64,000 nt of DNA from Scenedesmus sp. PABB004. Its lineage: Eukaryota. The notes beneath the pieces were generated by a model. The model worked only from the letters and a program-made list of their open reading frames with translations, searched no databases and had not been told where the DNA came from. Of the stretch, positions 11,710 to 21,988 are shown piece by piece; position 1 is the first letter of the stretch, and each line of letters opens with the position of its first letter. A program made the position numbers and the translations under genes. The stretch spans positions 1-64,000 of the forward strand of contig JABVCE010000031.1 of the NCBI GenBank assembly GCA_014905635.1, in the 5' to 3' direction.

Positions 11710-13296
11710 TCAGCCGCCGACGAGGCGCTCGAGCGTGCCCGCGAACGCCGCGGCCGCGGCGCGTCGCCGCAGCTTGCCCGTGGGCGTGAGCAGGTCGCCG
11801 CCAAACGGCTCGGCGACGAGCGCGACCGCGGCGGGCAGCTCGTAGCCCGCCAGCCCGGCGGCGCGGCCGACGGCCGCCATGCTGCAGCGCACGGCCTCGG
11901 CCGCGGCGGGGCAGGCGCACAGCGCGTCGTGCGCGCGCGGCAGCGGCGGCCGCTGCTCCGCGGCCCACGCGGCCAGCGCGGCGCGGTCGGGCGCGACGAC
12001 CGCGACCACCACGCCGCGCCGGGCGTCGGCGTGCACAAACACGCTGCCGCCCTCGCCGACGAGCGGGCTGCGGGCGAGCACGGCCTCCAGCCGCTCCGGC
12101 GCCACAAACTCGCCCTGCGGGAGCTTGACCGCGGACCCGAGCCGCCCCAGCAGCGCGAGGCGCCCGCCCGGGAGCCAGCACCCCGCGTCGCCGGTGTGCA
12201 GCCAGCCGTCGGCGTCGAGCGCCGCCGCCGTCGCGGCCGCGTCGCCGAGGTACCCCCGGAACACGCTCGGCCCGCGCACGCACACCTCGCCGCTGCGCGC
12301 GCGCCGGCGGCCGGGCGGGGCGCGGCGTGAGCGGTTGCGCGGGCGCGCGGTGCGTGAGCGGCGGCGTGCGCGCGGGCGGGCACCGTGTGCGCGGCGGCGG
12401 CGGCGGCGCGCGCTGCGTGCGCGGCGGCGCGCACCGCGGGTAGGGCGCGTCGTCGGGGGAGAGGCCGCGCTGCGGCGCTGGGACGAGCTTCACCTCGCAG
12501 CACGGCAGCGGCGCGCCGACGTGGCCCGCGCTCGCGTCGCCCGGGCGGCCGATGGTGATGCTGCACCCCGCCTCGGTCTGGCCGTATCCCTCCACCACGT
12601 CGGCGCCCAGCACGCAGCGCAGCAGCGTCAGCACCGCGGGACTGGCCGGCGCCGCGCCGCAGCTGAGGTAGCGCACGCGGCCGCCCAGCGCCTCGGCGGC
12701 GAGCGGCCGGAACATCGCGGCGTCCGCGAGCGGCACGAGCCAGCCGCTGCTGGCGGCGGGCGGGCCTGCACGGGCGCGGCGCGGCGGCGCGGCGGCGCGT
12801 GAGCAGCAGCGCACAAACGCCGCGCCTGCGCCCGCGCCGCGCCTGCACCGCGCGTGCGCCCGCATACCTGCGCCGAGCGCGGCCGCCTTGGCCGCCAGCG
12901 CCGCCTCCCACAGCGCCGCGCCCCAGCGCCGCCGGCCCTCGCTGTCGAGCGCCCCGGCCACGCGCGCGGCAAGGCGCGGCACCGCCATGAACAGCGCGGG
13001 GCGCAGCTCCGCCGCGTCGGCGAGCGCGGCGTCCGCGCCCGCGCCGCTGGCGACCCCGATGCTCAGCCCCAGGTGCACCGCGAGCGTCACGTTGCGCCGC
13101 TCAAAGATGTGCGCCAGCGGCAGGTAGCACAGGTGCCGCTCGCCCGGCGCCCACGGCCGCGTGCCGCCGGCGCCGCCGCCGCCGCAGCTGCCGGTGAGCA
13201 GCGCCGCGCTGCCGGCGGCATTGGCGATGATGTTGGCGTGGCTCAGCACCACGCCTGCGCGCAGCGGCGCCGGGGCGGCGGCCGCCGCGTCGGGAG

Positions 13297-13329
<33 letters not shown>

Positions 13330-14374
13330 TGCGCGACCGCGGCGCGGCGCGCACCCTTGGGGAGCGGGCCGGACGTGCCGCTGGTGAAGTAAATCGTCGC
13401 AACGTCGCCCGGCCGCGGCGGCACGTGCGGGCGCGGCGCGGCGCGGCCGAGCGCCTCCAGCTGCTCAAACGTCACAACGCGCGCGCCGCACCCCGGCGGC
13501 GGCTGCGGCAGGCCCGCCGCCGACGCGCCGGCGCCCCAGACCACCAGCAGCCGCACGGCGGGGCAGCGCGGCAGCACGGCGAGCAGGCGCGGCAGCGCGC
13601 ACGCCGACACGCCGACCGCCGCGAGCTGCGCGTGCCGCGCCGCGTGCTCCAGGCCGTCGGGCCGCAGCGCCGCGAACAGCGGCACGGTGGCCATGCTCAC
13701 GGCGTGCGCCGCCGCGTCGAGCAGGAGCCACGCCGCCGCGTTGGGGCCAAACAGCCCCACGTGCGCGCCCGGCGCCAGGCCGAGCTGCAGCAGCCCCGAC
13801 GCGAGCGCGTCGCGCGCCTCGGCAACCTGCGGAGCGGCGCGGCGCGGCGCGTCGCGCGTTGGGAGCGGCCGCCGCGCTGCTTTAACCGCCGCCGCCGCGC
13901 CGCCGCCGCCGCCCGCACCTCTGCGTAGGTCATCCACTCGTACGGCCCGAGCCGCCCCGCCGCGTCGCGGCGGCGCCAGCCGAGCGCGGGCACGGCCGGC
14001 CAGCGGGCGGCCGCCTCCTGCCAGTTGTCGTGGAGCGTCGCGACGTGGCTGGCCGGCGGGGGGAAGTGGGACAAGAGCGCCGCGGGGCACTCGGCGGCGC
14101 GGTGCACGCGCCACGCCGCGGCGGCGTCCCGCTGCTGCCAGTCGAGGCGCTCGGGCAGCACGACCGACAGCCGCGCGCGCCGCGCGCCCGGCTGCCAGGC
14201 CGCCGCGGGGTCGGCGCCGGCGTCGGGCTGCGCGGGCGCGGGCGGCGCCGCGCGGCGCAGCAGCTGCCCCGCCAGCACCGCGAGCCGGCCGGCCGCCGCC
14301 TCGCCGGCCGGGGTGGTGGTGGGCGCCCCGCCGCCGCCCGAGTCGCCCGGCGGCGGCGCGGCGGGCTCGTCCAT
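11710..14374 (-). CDS. Long-chain acyl-CoA synthetase, peroxisomal LACS6/7-like, with PTS2
   Basis: YEWMTYAE, IYFTSGTSGPLPKG, CYLPLAHIFER, EGYGQTEAG, GHVGAPLPCCEVKL, GWLHTGDAG, KLPQGEFVAPERLE, LLTPTGKLRR; N-terminal RLAVLAGQL. Confidence 0.93.
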
Positions 14375-14802
14375 GCCCGCCAGGCGCTGCTGGCTGGTGG
14401 TGCTGTTCGCCTGTCCGCCGCTGCCGCCGCTGCCGCTGCTGCCGCTGCTGCGCGGGGCGGCCGCCGATCCAGGCGCGCTGCGTTGCCGGTCAGTGAGGAG
14501 GGGAGCACTGTGGGCGGGGAGCGGCGAGCGGTGTTACTCGGCCTTGTGCCGCGTGGCAGCAGCGCGGGTGCTGGGGTCCCGGCGGATGGCGCAGCGGCCA
14601 CCACTGCCGCGCTCCGCCCGCGCCCGATACAACGACCGCCCGGACGTCCGTTCAGGAGACACAGCGGCGCCCCTCGGCAGCGCAGCAGCAGACTCGGGAG
14701 GTGCGGCGCTGGCTGGGCGCGCCTGGCTGTCGGAGCCCTTTCCTCAGCCCCGGCTGGATCCCATTGCGCGTCCTGCACGCGCGCAGGGCGTTTCGCATCG
14801 CC

Positions 14803-16526
14803 ATGGCGAGCCGCTTCGCCATCGCCGCGCCCGCCCGGCCTGCGCCGGTTGCGGCCGCCCGGCTGGCGCGCCCCGCGATCCAGGTCCGTCCGCCGCGTGT
14901 CGCGCGCGGCGTGACGGTCGCTGCTGCGGCGGCCGCCCAGGCGGTCAAGATCACCATCCAGGGCCGCCGCCTGCCGGTGAGCCTGGCGTCCCGGGCGCCC
15001 TGGCGGGCGCCCTGAGCGACACAGCGGCAGGCGGGCCGCCGGGTCCGCGCCGCTGCGGCGCGGCGGGCCCGCCGGCAGCATCGGGCGCCCGCTGCCGCCG
15101 GCGGCTGCTGCTGCCGCGCCCGCCGCGCCGCCGCTGATCGCGCGCGCGCGGGGCCGGGCGCAGGTCACGGACGCGATCAAGACGTACGTGGAGGAGAAGA
15201 TCAGCAAGTCGGTGGCCAACTACGCGCACGCGATCAAAAAGGTCGACGTCACGCTCTCCGCGCGCGGCGGCGACACCGGCACGCACGGCGCCAAGTGCGG
15301 CCCGCCGCGCTCCCCGCCCGCGCGGCGGGGCGCCGCTGCGGCGCCGCCGCGACCCGCCCGCCCGCGCGGGACCCGCCGCCCGAGCGCCGCGCCGCGCCGC
15401 GCCGCGCCGCGCGCAGGCAGCAGAAGGTCGACGTCACGATCACGACGCTGCGCGCGGGCGTGGTGCGCGTGGAGGACGCGGAGGAGAGCCTGTACGCCTC
15501 GATCGACGTCGTGTGCGACAAGGTCTCGCGCAAGCTGCGCAAGGTGCGCAAGCTCCGCGGCACCGCAGCGCAGGGCTCGCGCGGGGGCCGGGCGCGGGCG
15601 GCGGCGCAGCCGCAGCCGCGGTCGCCGCGGCGCGGCGGCGGCCGAGCGCCGCGCGCGCCGCGCGTCGCGTCGCGTCGCGTCGCAGGTGAAGGAGCGGCTG
15701 ATGGCGCAGGGGACGTGGCCGGGGCGCGGCGGGCCGCGGCTCAACACGGAGGAGGAGGAGTTCAAGGTGTGTGTGTGTGCGGGGGGAGGGGTGGGGGGCT
15801 TGGCGGGCGGGCGGGCGGGCTGTGTGCGTGCTGTGTGTGCTGTGTGAGTTCTATGTGTGCTGTGCGTGCTGTGTGTGCGTGTGGGCTGTCCCCGACAGCC
15901 GCGCCGCAGCGGCCGCCGGCGCGACTCACCCATCACCCCCCTCCCCCCCCCCCCCCCGTCACCCTCCCCCAGGAGTACATGGACGCGCTGATCGTGGAGA
16001 CGCTGGTCATGCCGCCTGACGACGCGCCCGCCGACGGCCCTGGCGCCAAGGCCATGCCGCCGGCCGTCATGCGCACCAAGGCGCGCCCACCGCCGGGGCG
16101 CGGGCCGGGGCGGGGGCCGCCCCCGCCGCCGCGCCGCCGCGCCGCCGCGCCGCCGCGCCGCGCGCCGGGCCCCACCGCCCCTGCCGCGGGCGCGCAGGTG
16201 ATCAGCTGCGACCCGGCCATGTCGGCGGGCGACGCGATCGAGGCGCTCGAGGCGGTGGGGCACGACTTTTACGTTTTCAAGAACAGCGGCGCGGGCAACC
16301 AGATCCAGGTGGGGGCCGCGGGCGCCGGCCGGGCCCTGGCTGCGCGCTGCGCGCTGGGCCAGCGGGTCTGGGGGGCGCGCGCGGCGCGGGCGCGCGCGCG
16401 CGGCGCGGCGCGGCGCGGCGCGGCGCAGCACAACGCGGCCCGCCGACGGCTCTGCTCTCGCGCCGGTTGCCGCAGATTGTGTACAAGCGCGAGAGCGGCG
16501 GGTACGGCGTGCTCGTGCCGCAGTGA
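14803..16526 (+). CDS. PSRP1: Plastid ribosome hibernation factor PSRP1 (long HPF/S30AE family)
   Basis: Transit-like N-terminus, then KITIQGRRLP|VTDAIKTYVEEKI, VDVTLSARGG, QKVDVT, VVRVEDAEESLYASIDVVCDKVSRKLRK|VKER, MRTK, AIEALEAVGHDFYVFKN, IVYKRESGGYGVLVP. Confidence 0.93.
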
Positions 16527-16805
16527 GGCGCACGCTGCTGCGGCCCCGTGCGCTCGGGAGCTGGCGCGCCCCCGCGCGGGCGCAGGCGCGCCGGCGGCGC
16601 ACGGCCAGCCGGCGCGCGCAGGCGCGCGAGGCGCGCGGCGGCGGCTCCCGGCGTGTGCCCGCGCCGCGCCCGCGCCCGCGCCCGCGCGCGGCTCGGTCTC
16701 TTCCGTTCCTTGGGCGCTGCCGCGCACGGCAGCGGCAGCACTTGTTGGTGGGGCGCGGCTGCCCCCTCTCTCCTGCGGGTGGGCCGCTGGGACGAGCAGC
16801 AGCCC

Positions 16806-16810
16806 TGTAA
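16806..16810 (+). terminator. TGTAA polyadenylation signal (chlorophyte type) downstream of PSRP1
   Basis: The same motif lies sense-downstream of other genes: 142-146(-), 27636-27640(-), 44652-44656(+), 62553-62557(-). Confidence 0.65.
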
Positions 16811-17470
16811 CAAGCCAGTCTGTCAAGGAGCAGCAGCAGGAAGGCGGCCGGCTGGCACCGTCATCCTGGCGGCGGCGGCCGCGCGGGCCTTCCCGCGCCA
16901 CACTCGACCGGGAAGACGCCACACCCGCACACATCCCACAGCGACCAGCGCCCCCGCTCGCGTGAGCGCCTCGCGACACACCAGCCGCGCGCGCGCAGCC
17001 GAGCCATCAGCCGGCGTGCACGTCACAGCGGCCCCAGCGAGCTCGGAGTAGACTAGGGCGACCTATTAGGAGCTCTGAGCGTGGCGCGTTTGCGTCTGCA
17101 GGTGCGCAGGATCGCCCCAGCGCGGGCGGAGATGCCGGCAACTGCGGCCTCCTCCGGCTGCGCGCCACGGGCCAGCCAGGCCGGTGCAGTCCGCAGGCCG
17201 CGAAAATTGCAGCTTCCTAACCTCTCGCAGCTTGCGCAGCCAGACCGGACGCCGGCGGTGCGCACGCCGCCCCAGGCTGGCAGCCCGGTCAGCGACGGCA
17301 GCTCGCAGCACGGGTGGCGGCCAGCAGCACCGTCCGCGTCTCCCCCGAGTCGGGCGCGCTCCCCATCAGCTTTCCGGTGCCCGCGCGCGCCGCCACCGCT
17401 CACACAAGGCTCACGCCGCCGCGCGCGCCCGCAGGACCGCCGCAGCGCACGCGCCGGCAGTGCAGTCGCG

Positions 17471-17722
17471 ATGGCGCCGGGGCTCACGTACGAGGCGCTC
17501 GAGGCGCTGGAGGAGGTGCCGCCTGTCATGGACCAGGGGCGGCCCAGGTCCAGGCTCCTGGAGCGCGTGGTGTCGATGGAGCAGGTGCAGCGCTGCCCGC
17601 GCGAGGCGGGCGAGGCGCGCAGCGTGCAGCAGCTCGCGGGCGTCGCGGACAAGCTGCGCCACGCGCTGCGCTCCTCAAGCACCCTGGCGGACGACGGCGC
17701 CGTCGGCCAGAAGCGCATCTGA
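17471..17722 (+). CDS. Small hypothetical protein (83 aa)
   Basis: MAPGLTYEALEALEEVPPV...GQKRI with coding-like codon usage; an upstream gcag acceptor at ~17434 suggests a 5'-UTR intron. No recognisable family. Confidence 0.45.
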   Translation: MAPGLTYEALEALEEVPPVMDQGRPRSRLLERVVSMEQVQRCPREAGEARSVQQLAGVADKLRHALRSSSTLADDGAVGQKRI

Positions 17723-18666
17723 CGCTGCGCGCGGCGCGCGAGCGCGAGCGGCGCCGCTTCACCCGGACGGGCGGTGCGCAGCCGCACCCGCCTCCTGCAG
17801 CACAAACCCCCCACGCCACGCGTCACCCATGCACGCGCCAGCCGCCCACCCACCCACCAGCAGCGCCCCGCCCGGGCCTGCCGCCCCTGTGCGCGGCGGC
17901 CCGCGGCCGCGCCAACCCTTGACCGGGGCGCAGACGCCCCGCCTGACGTTGCGCCGCGGCCTTGCACGTGCCGCCGCCGCACGCCGCGATTTTATGCGAC
18001 CATCGCAGGGTGCGTTTGTGTGTGAGCGCTGCGCGCTGCAGCGCCGCCGCCTGCAGACAGGCGGCGGCGCCGCCGCAGCACGGGCGCCGGGCCAGGCTCT
18101 GTTGGCGCCGCGGCCGCGCCAGCGTGCGGCCGCGGCGTACGCCGCGCCCTGAGGACTGCTGGTCAGCTCCCCTGCTTGCAAAGCAGCTGCTTGTTGGTGG
18201 GGCGGGGTTAATCCTGAATAAGGCGGTGGCCATCGCCGCCGCTCGCGGGCGCGGTGCGCACCTGCGGTGCGCGCTTGTGTGCACCTGTACAGATGTGTGG
18301 GCGCAGCGCGGGAGCACTCTCAGCGAGCGAGCGAGCGAGCTGGTTTTGGCTTGTGGGGCTGACGGGGCCGCCCAGTGCACATGAGCGGGGCGGCTGGCTC
18401 GTGGCAACTGTGTTCGCGACCGAGCGGCGCAGGCGCAGGGCGCAGCGGCACAGCGACGCAGCGGCGCAGCGGCGCCGGCACCACAGCCCACGCCAGCCGC
18501 TCAAGGCCAGCGGCGCTGCCGCCAGCAGCCGCGCGCGCCGCAGCCGCCGCAGTCGCCGCTGCCGCAGCCGCTCCTGCCGCCAGCGCTCGAGCAGCGGCGC
18601 GCCCTCAGCCCTGCGGGCCGCCTTCCGGGGTGGCCGGTGTGGGGTTCGGGGTTCGGGCCAGCAGCC

Positions 18667-21661
18667 ATGCGCTGCCTCTACGAGGTGCTCGGGCTGGAGC
18701 GCGGCGCCGACGAGAGCGCCATCAAGAAGGCCTACCGCAAGCAGGCGCTCATCTGGCACCCCGGTGCGTGGCGCGGTGGACTCGCACACAAGCTCTGGCG
18801 TGTTCCAGATCGCGCCGGCGCAGCGCACAGCCCACGCGCACCGCGGGCGCCTCCGCTGCTGCCGCCGACCTCCGCGGCGCCGCGCCTTGCAGACAAGAAC
18901 CAGCACCGCCTGGAGGAGGCGGACGCGGCGTTCAAGGAGCTGCAGAACGCGTATGAGGTGCTCAGCGACAAGCACGAGCGCGCGTGGTGAGGCGGCGCGC
19001 GGACGAGCGCGGCACTCGGGCAGGGGGGGGGGGGGGGGGGCGGCGCGGCGCCCCACCCCGCTGCGCCCACCCCCCTGCGCCCCGCTCCCGCAGGTACGAC
19101 AGCCACCGTGACCAGATCCTGCGCTCCGGCGAGCGGCACCAGGCGGGCGGCGGCGGCGGGTTCGAGCCGGGCGCGCGCCCCGACGACGAGCCAGACCTGT
19201 ACACCTACTTCACCTCCAGCTGCTATTCGGGCTTCGGCGACGGACCCAAGGCGCGGCACAGGACGCGCGCCGCCGCGGCACGCCCGCCCCCAGCGCCCGC
19301 CCGCGCACCCCTCACCCGCCCGCCCGCCCGCGCCCCTCCCCGCCCCTCACCCGCCACCCCCCTACACACACGCAGGGCTTCTACGCCGTCTACCGCGAGC
19401 TCTTTGCCACGCTGGCCACGCAGGAGGCGGCCGCGTGGGAGGGCAGCGACGCGGCGGGCCCGCGCAGCGCGGCCGCGCCGGCCTTCCCCGGCTTTGGCGG
19501 CCCCGAGTCGCCCTCGGCCGAGGTGTTTGCCTTTTACTCGGCCTGGGGCAGCTTCGTCACGGCCAAGGACTTTGCCTGGGCCGACCCCTACCACCCCGCG
19601 TCGGCGCCCAACCGCCAGGCGCGCGCGCGTTGCGCAGCCGCCGCCCGTCCTCCCCCTGCCCGCCCTCGTCCGTCCCCTCCCCTCCCGCTCGCCCTCGCGC
19701 GCACACGCCAACCAACCCGCCCGCGCGCCACACACACACACACCGCCGGCCCGCAGGTGCGCCGCAAGATGGAGGACGAGAACCGCAAGGCCCGCCGCGC
19801 GGCGCGGCGCGACTACGTCGACGGCGTGCGGGAGCTCGTCGCGTTCGTCAAGAAGCGAGACAAGCGCGTCGCGCGCTTCCAGGCGCGCACCGCAGCCCCG
19901 CGCGCACCGCCCGCCGCACACAGCCGCGCGCACGCACCACGCGGCGCGCCGGGGCCCCGCGCGCGCGCGGGCCCGGGCGCGCGGGCCAACCCCGCGCCGC
20001 GCCGCGCCGCGCGCCCAGGCGGAGGAGGCGGCACGGCGGGCGGAGCGCGAGGCCGCCGAGGCGGCGCGGCGCGCGGCGGAGCGCGAGGAGCGGCTGCGCC
20101 GCGCGGCAGAGTACGAGGAGCCGGAGTGGGTGCGGGCGAGCGAGGCGGCGGCGGCGGACGAGACGGACAGCGAGGTGCGCCGCGCGCTGCTGGCTGGGCG
20201 CCGCCGCGGCACGCGCGGCGCGCCGTTGGCGCTGCTGCGCGAGCGCCGCCGTGTTTGTGCCGCGCAGGAGGAGGAAGTGGAGGTGCGGAGCCACGACTGC
20301 ATCGTGTGCGAGAAGCGCTTCCGCTCGGCGGGGCAGCTGGCCAACCACGAGCGCAGCAAGGCGCACCGCGAGGCGGTCGCCGCGCTGATGGAGGTGCTGC
20401 AGGAGGAGGAGGCCTGGCTGCTGGTGCGGCGGCACGGGGCGGCGCGCCGCGGTGGCGCTGCTGCCGCTGCTTGCGGGCCGCGCGGCGCGCCGAGGCCGCG
20501 TGCGCCCGCTCCCGCCGACCGCGCGCGCAGGACGAGCAGGCAGGCTCCGACGGCCCGGCCGCAGCAGCGGACGGCGCCCAGCAGCAGCAGCAGGAGGAGC
20601 AGCAGCAGCAGCAACCGCCGGCGTCGGCCGGGCAGGGCAAGAAAGGCAAGCGCAAGCAGCAGCAGCGCTGGGCGGCGCAGCAGCAGCGCCTGGCCGGCAG
20701 CAGCTCGGATGAGGGCGGGGCGCAGCGGGCGCAGAGCAGCAGGGCGGCCGCGGCTGCCGGCGCCGCGGACGGCCACAGCAGCGGTGAGGAGGGCAGCAGC
20801 GGCAGCAGCGGCAGCGGCAGCGGCAGCAGCAGCGGCAGCAGCAGTGAAGTGGAGGAAGAGGAGGAGGAAGAGGAGGAGCTGGACGAGGATGAGCTGCTGG
20901 CGCGGCTGGTGCAGGGCCAGCAGAGCAGGGCGAGCAGCAGCCGCGGCGGCGGCCGCCAAGCCGCGCGCGCCGCAGCGCCTCCGCCTGCGCCGGCCGCGGG
21001 CGGCGACGGCGACGGCGAGGCAGGCAGCAGCGACGACGGCGGCAGCGAAAGCAGCGCCAGCAGCAGCGGCAGCAGCAGCGCCGGCAGCAGCAGCAGCAGC
21101 AGCAGCAGCGAGGATGCGGCAGAGGAGTCGGAGGAGGACGAGGAGGCGATGCTGGCGCGCCTCGCGGCAGCGGCCAGCAGCAGCCGGCCTGGCCGGGGCG
21201 GCAAGGCCCGCTCGCGGCAGCGACCGCCGCCGCCGCCGCCGCAGCCGCCGAGCGCGGCCGAGGAGGGCGCGCGCGGGGAGCAGGAGTCGGTCGGGCAGGC
21301 GGCGGAGCAGCTGGAAGACCTGGAGCTCCCTGGCAGCAGCAGCGGCAAGCGCGGCGGGCGCCGGGCAGCGCAGAGGCGCGGCGGCAAGCCCGCGCCGGCG
21401 CCGGCGCAGGCGCAGGCGCAAGGCGGCGACGCCAGCAGCAGCAGCGACGACGGCGGCGACGGCGACGGCGCCCCGCTGCGCGGCCGCGGCAGCAAGGCCG
21501 CCGCGGCGGCCAGCAAGCGGGCGGCGCGGCAGGCGAAGAAGGCGTCGGCCGCCGCGGAGGCGGCGGGGCTCAACTGCAAGGTCTGCGGCTACGTCGCGCC
21601 GTCGCGCACCAAGCTGTTCCAGCACATCGAGGCCACCGGCCACGCGGCGCCCAAGCAGTGA
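18667..21661 (+). CDS. DNAJC21: DnaJ protein with C2H2 zinc fingers, DNAJC21/Jjj1 family
   Basis: CLYEVLG..IKKAYRKQALIWHP|DKN (HPD), AYEVLSDKHERAW|YDSHR, FYSAWGSFVTAKDFAWAD, MEDENRK, FVKKRDKR, CIVCEKRF..HERSKAH, CKVCG..SRTKLFQHIEATGH. Confidence 0.95.
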
Positions 21662-21988
21662 GACCGGCGGCGCCGGCGCGGTGCAACGTTTCTCCTTGTA
21701 CCCCGACCGCGCGGGTACCCAACCGCGCGGCGCGACCTCCCACCTGCGCCCTTGCCGGCCGTGGCTGCACACACCACCACCGCAGTCAGCCAGCATCGCC
21801 GCCCGCCGCCCGCGCGCAAACGCTGCTCCCGCCCGCGCGCCGCCGCTCCGTTCGCGCGCGTGCCGCGGCGGCGCACGATCTTGCGGCTCGGCTGGCCATT
21901 ACTGTGGGCAGCATGGCCTGAGCGTTCCGCGCAGGGGGGACCTGCCTGTGGCCTTCCAGGCGTTGGGTGCAGCGCCGAGCCGGGCGGG

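Noticed and set aside
9740..11845. 701-aa + strand ORF with poly-Cys tracts (metallothionein-like look)
   Set aside because: It is the antisense reading of the CAG/polyQ exon of the - strand gene.
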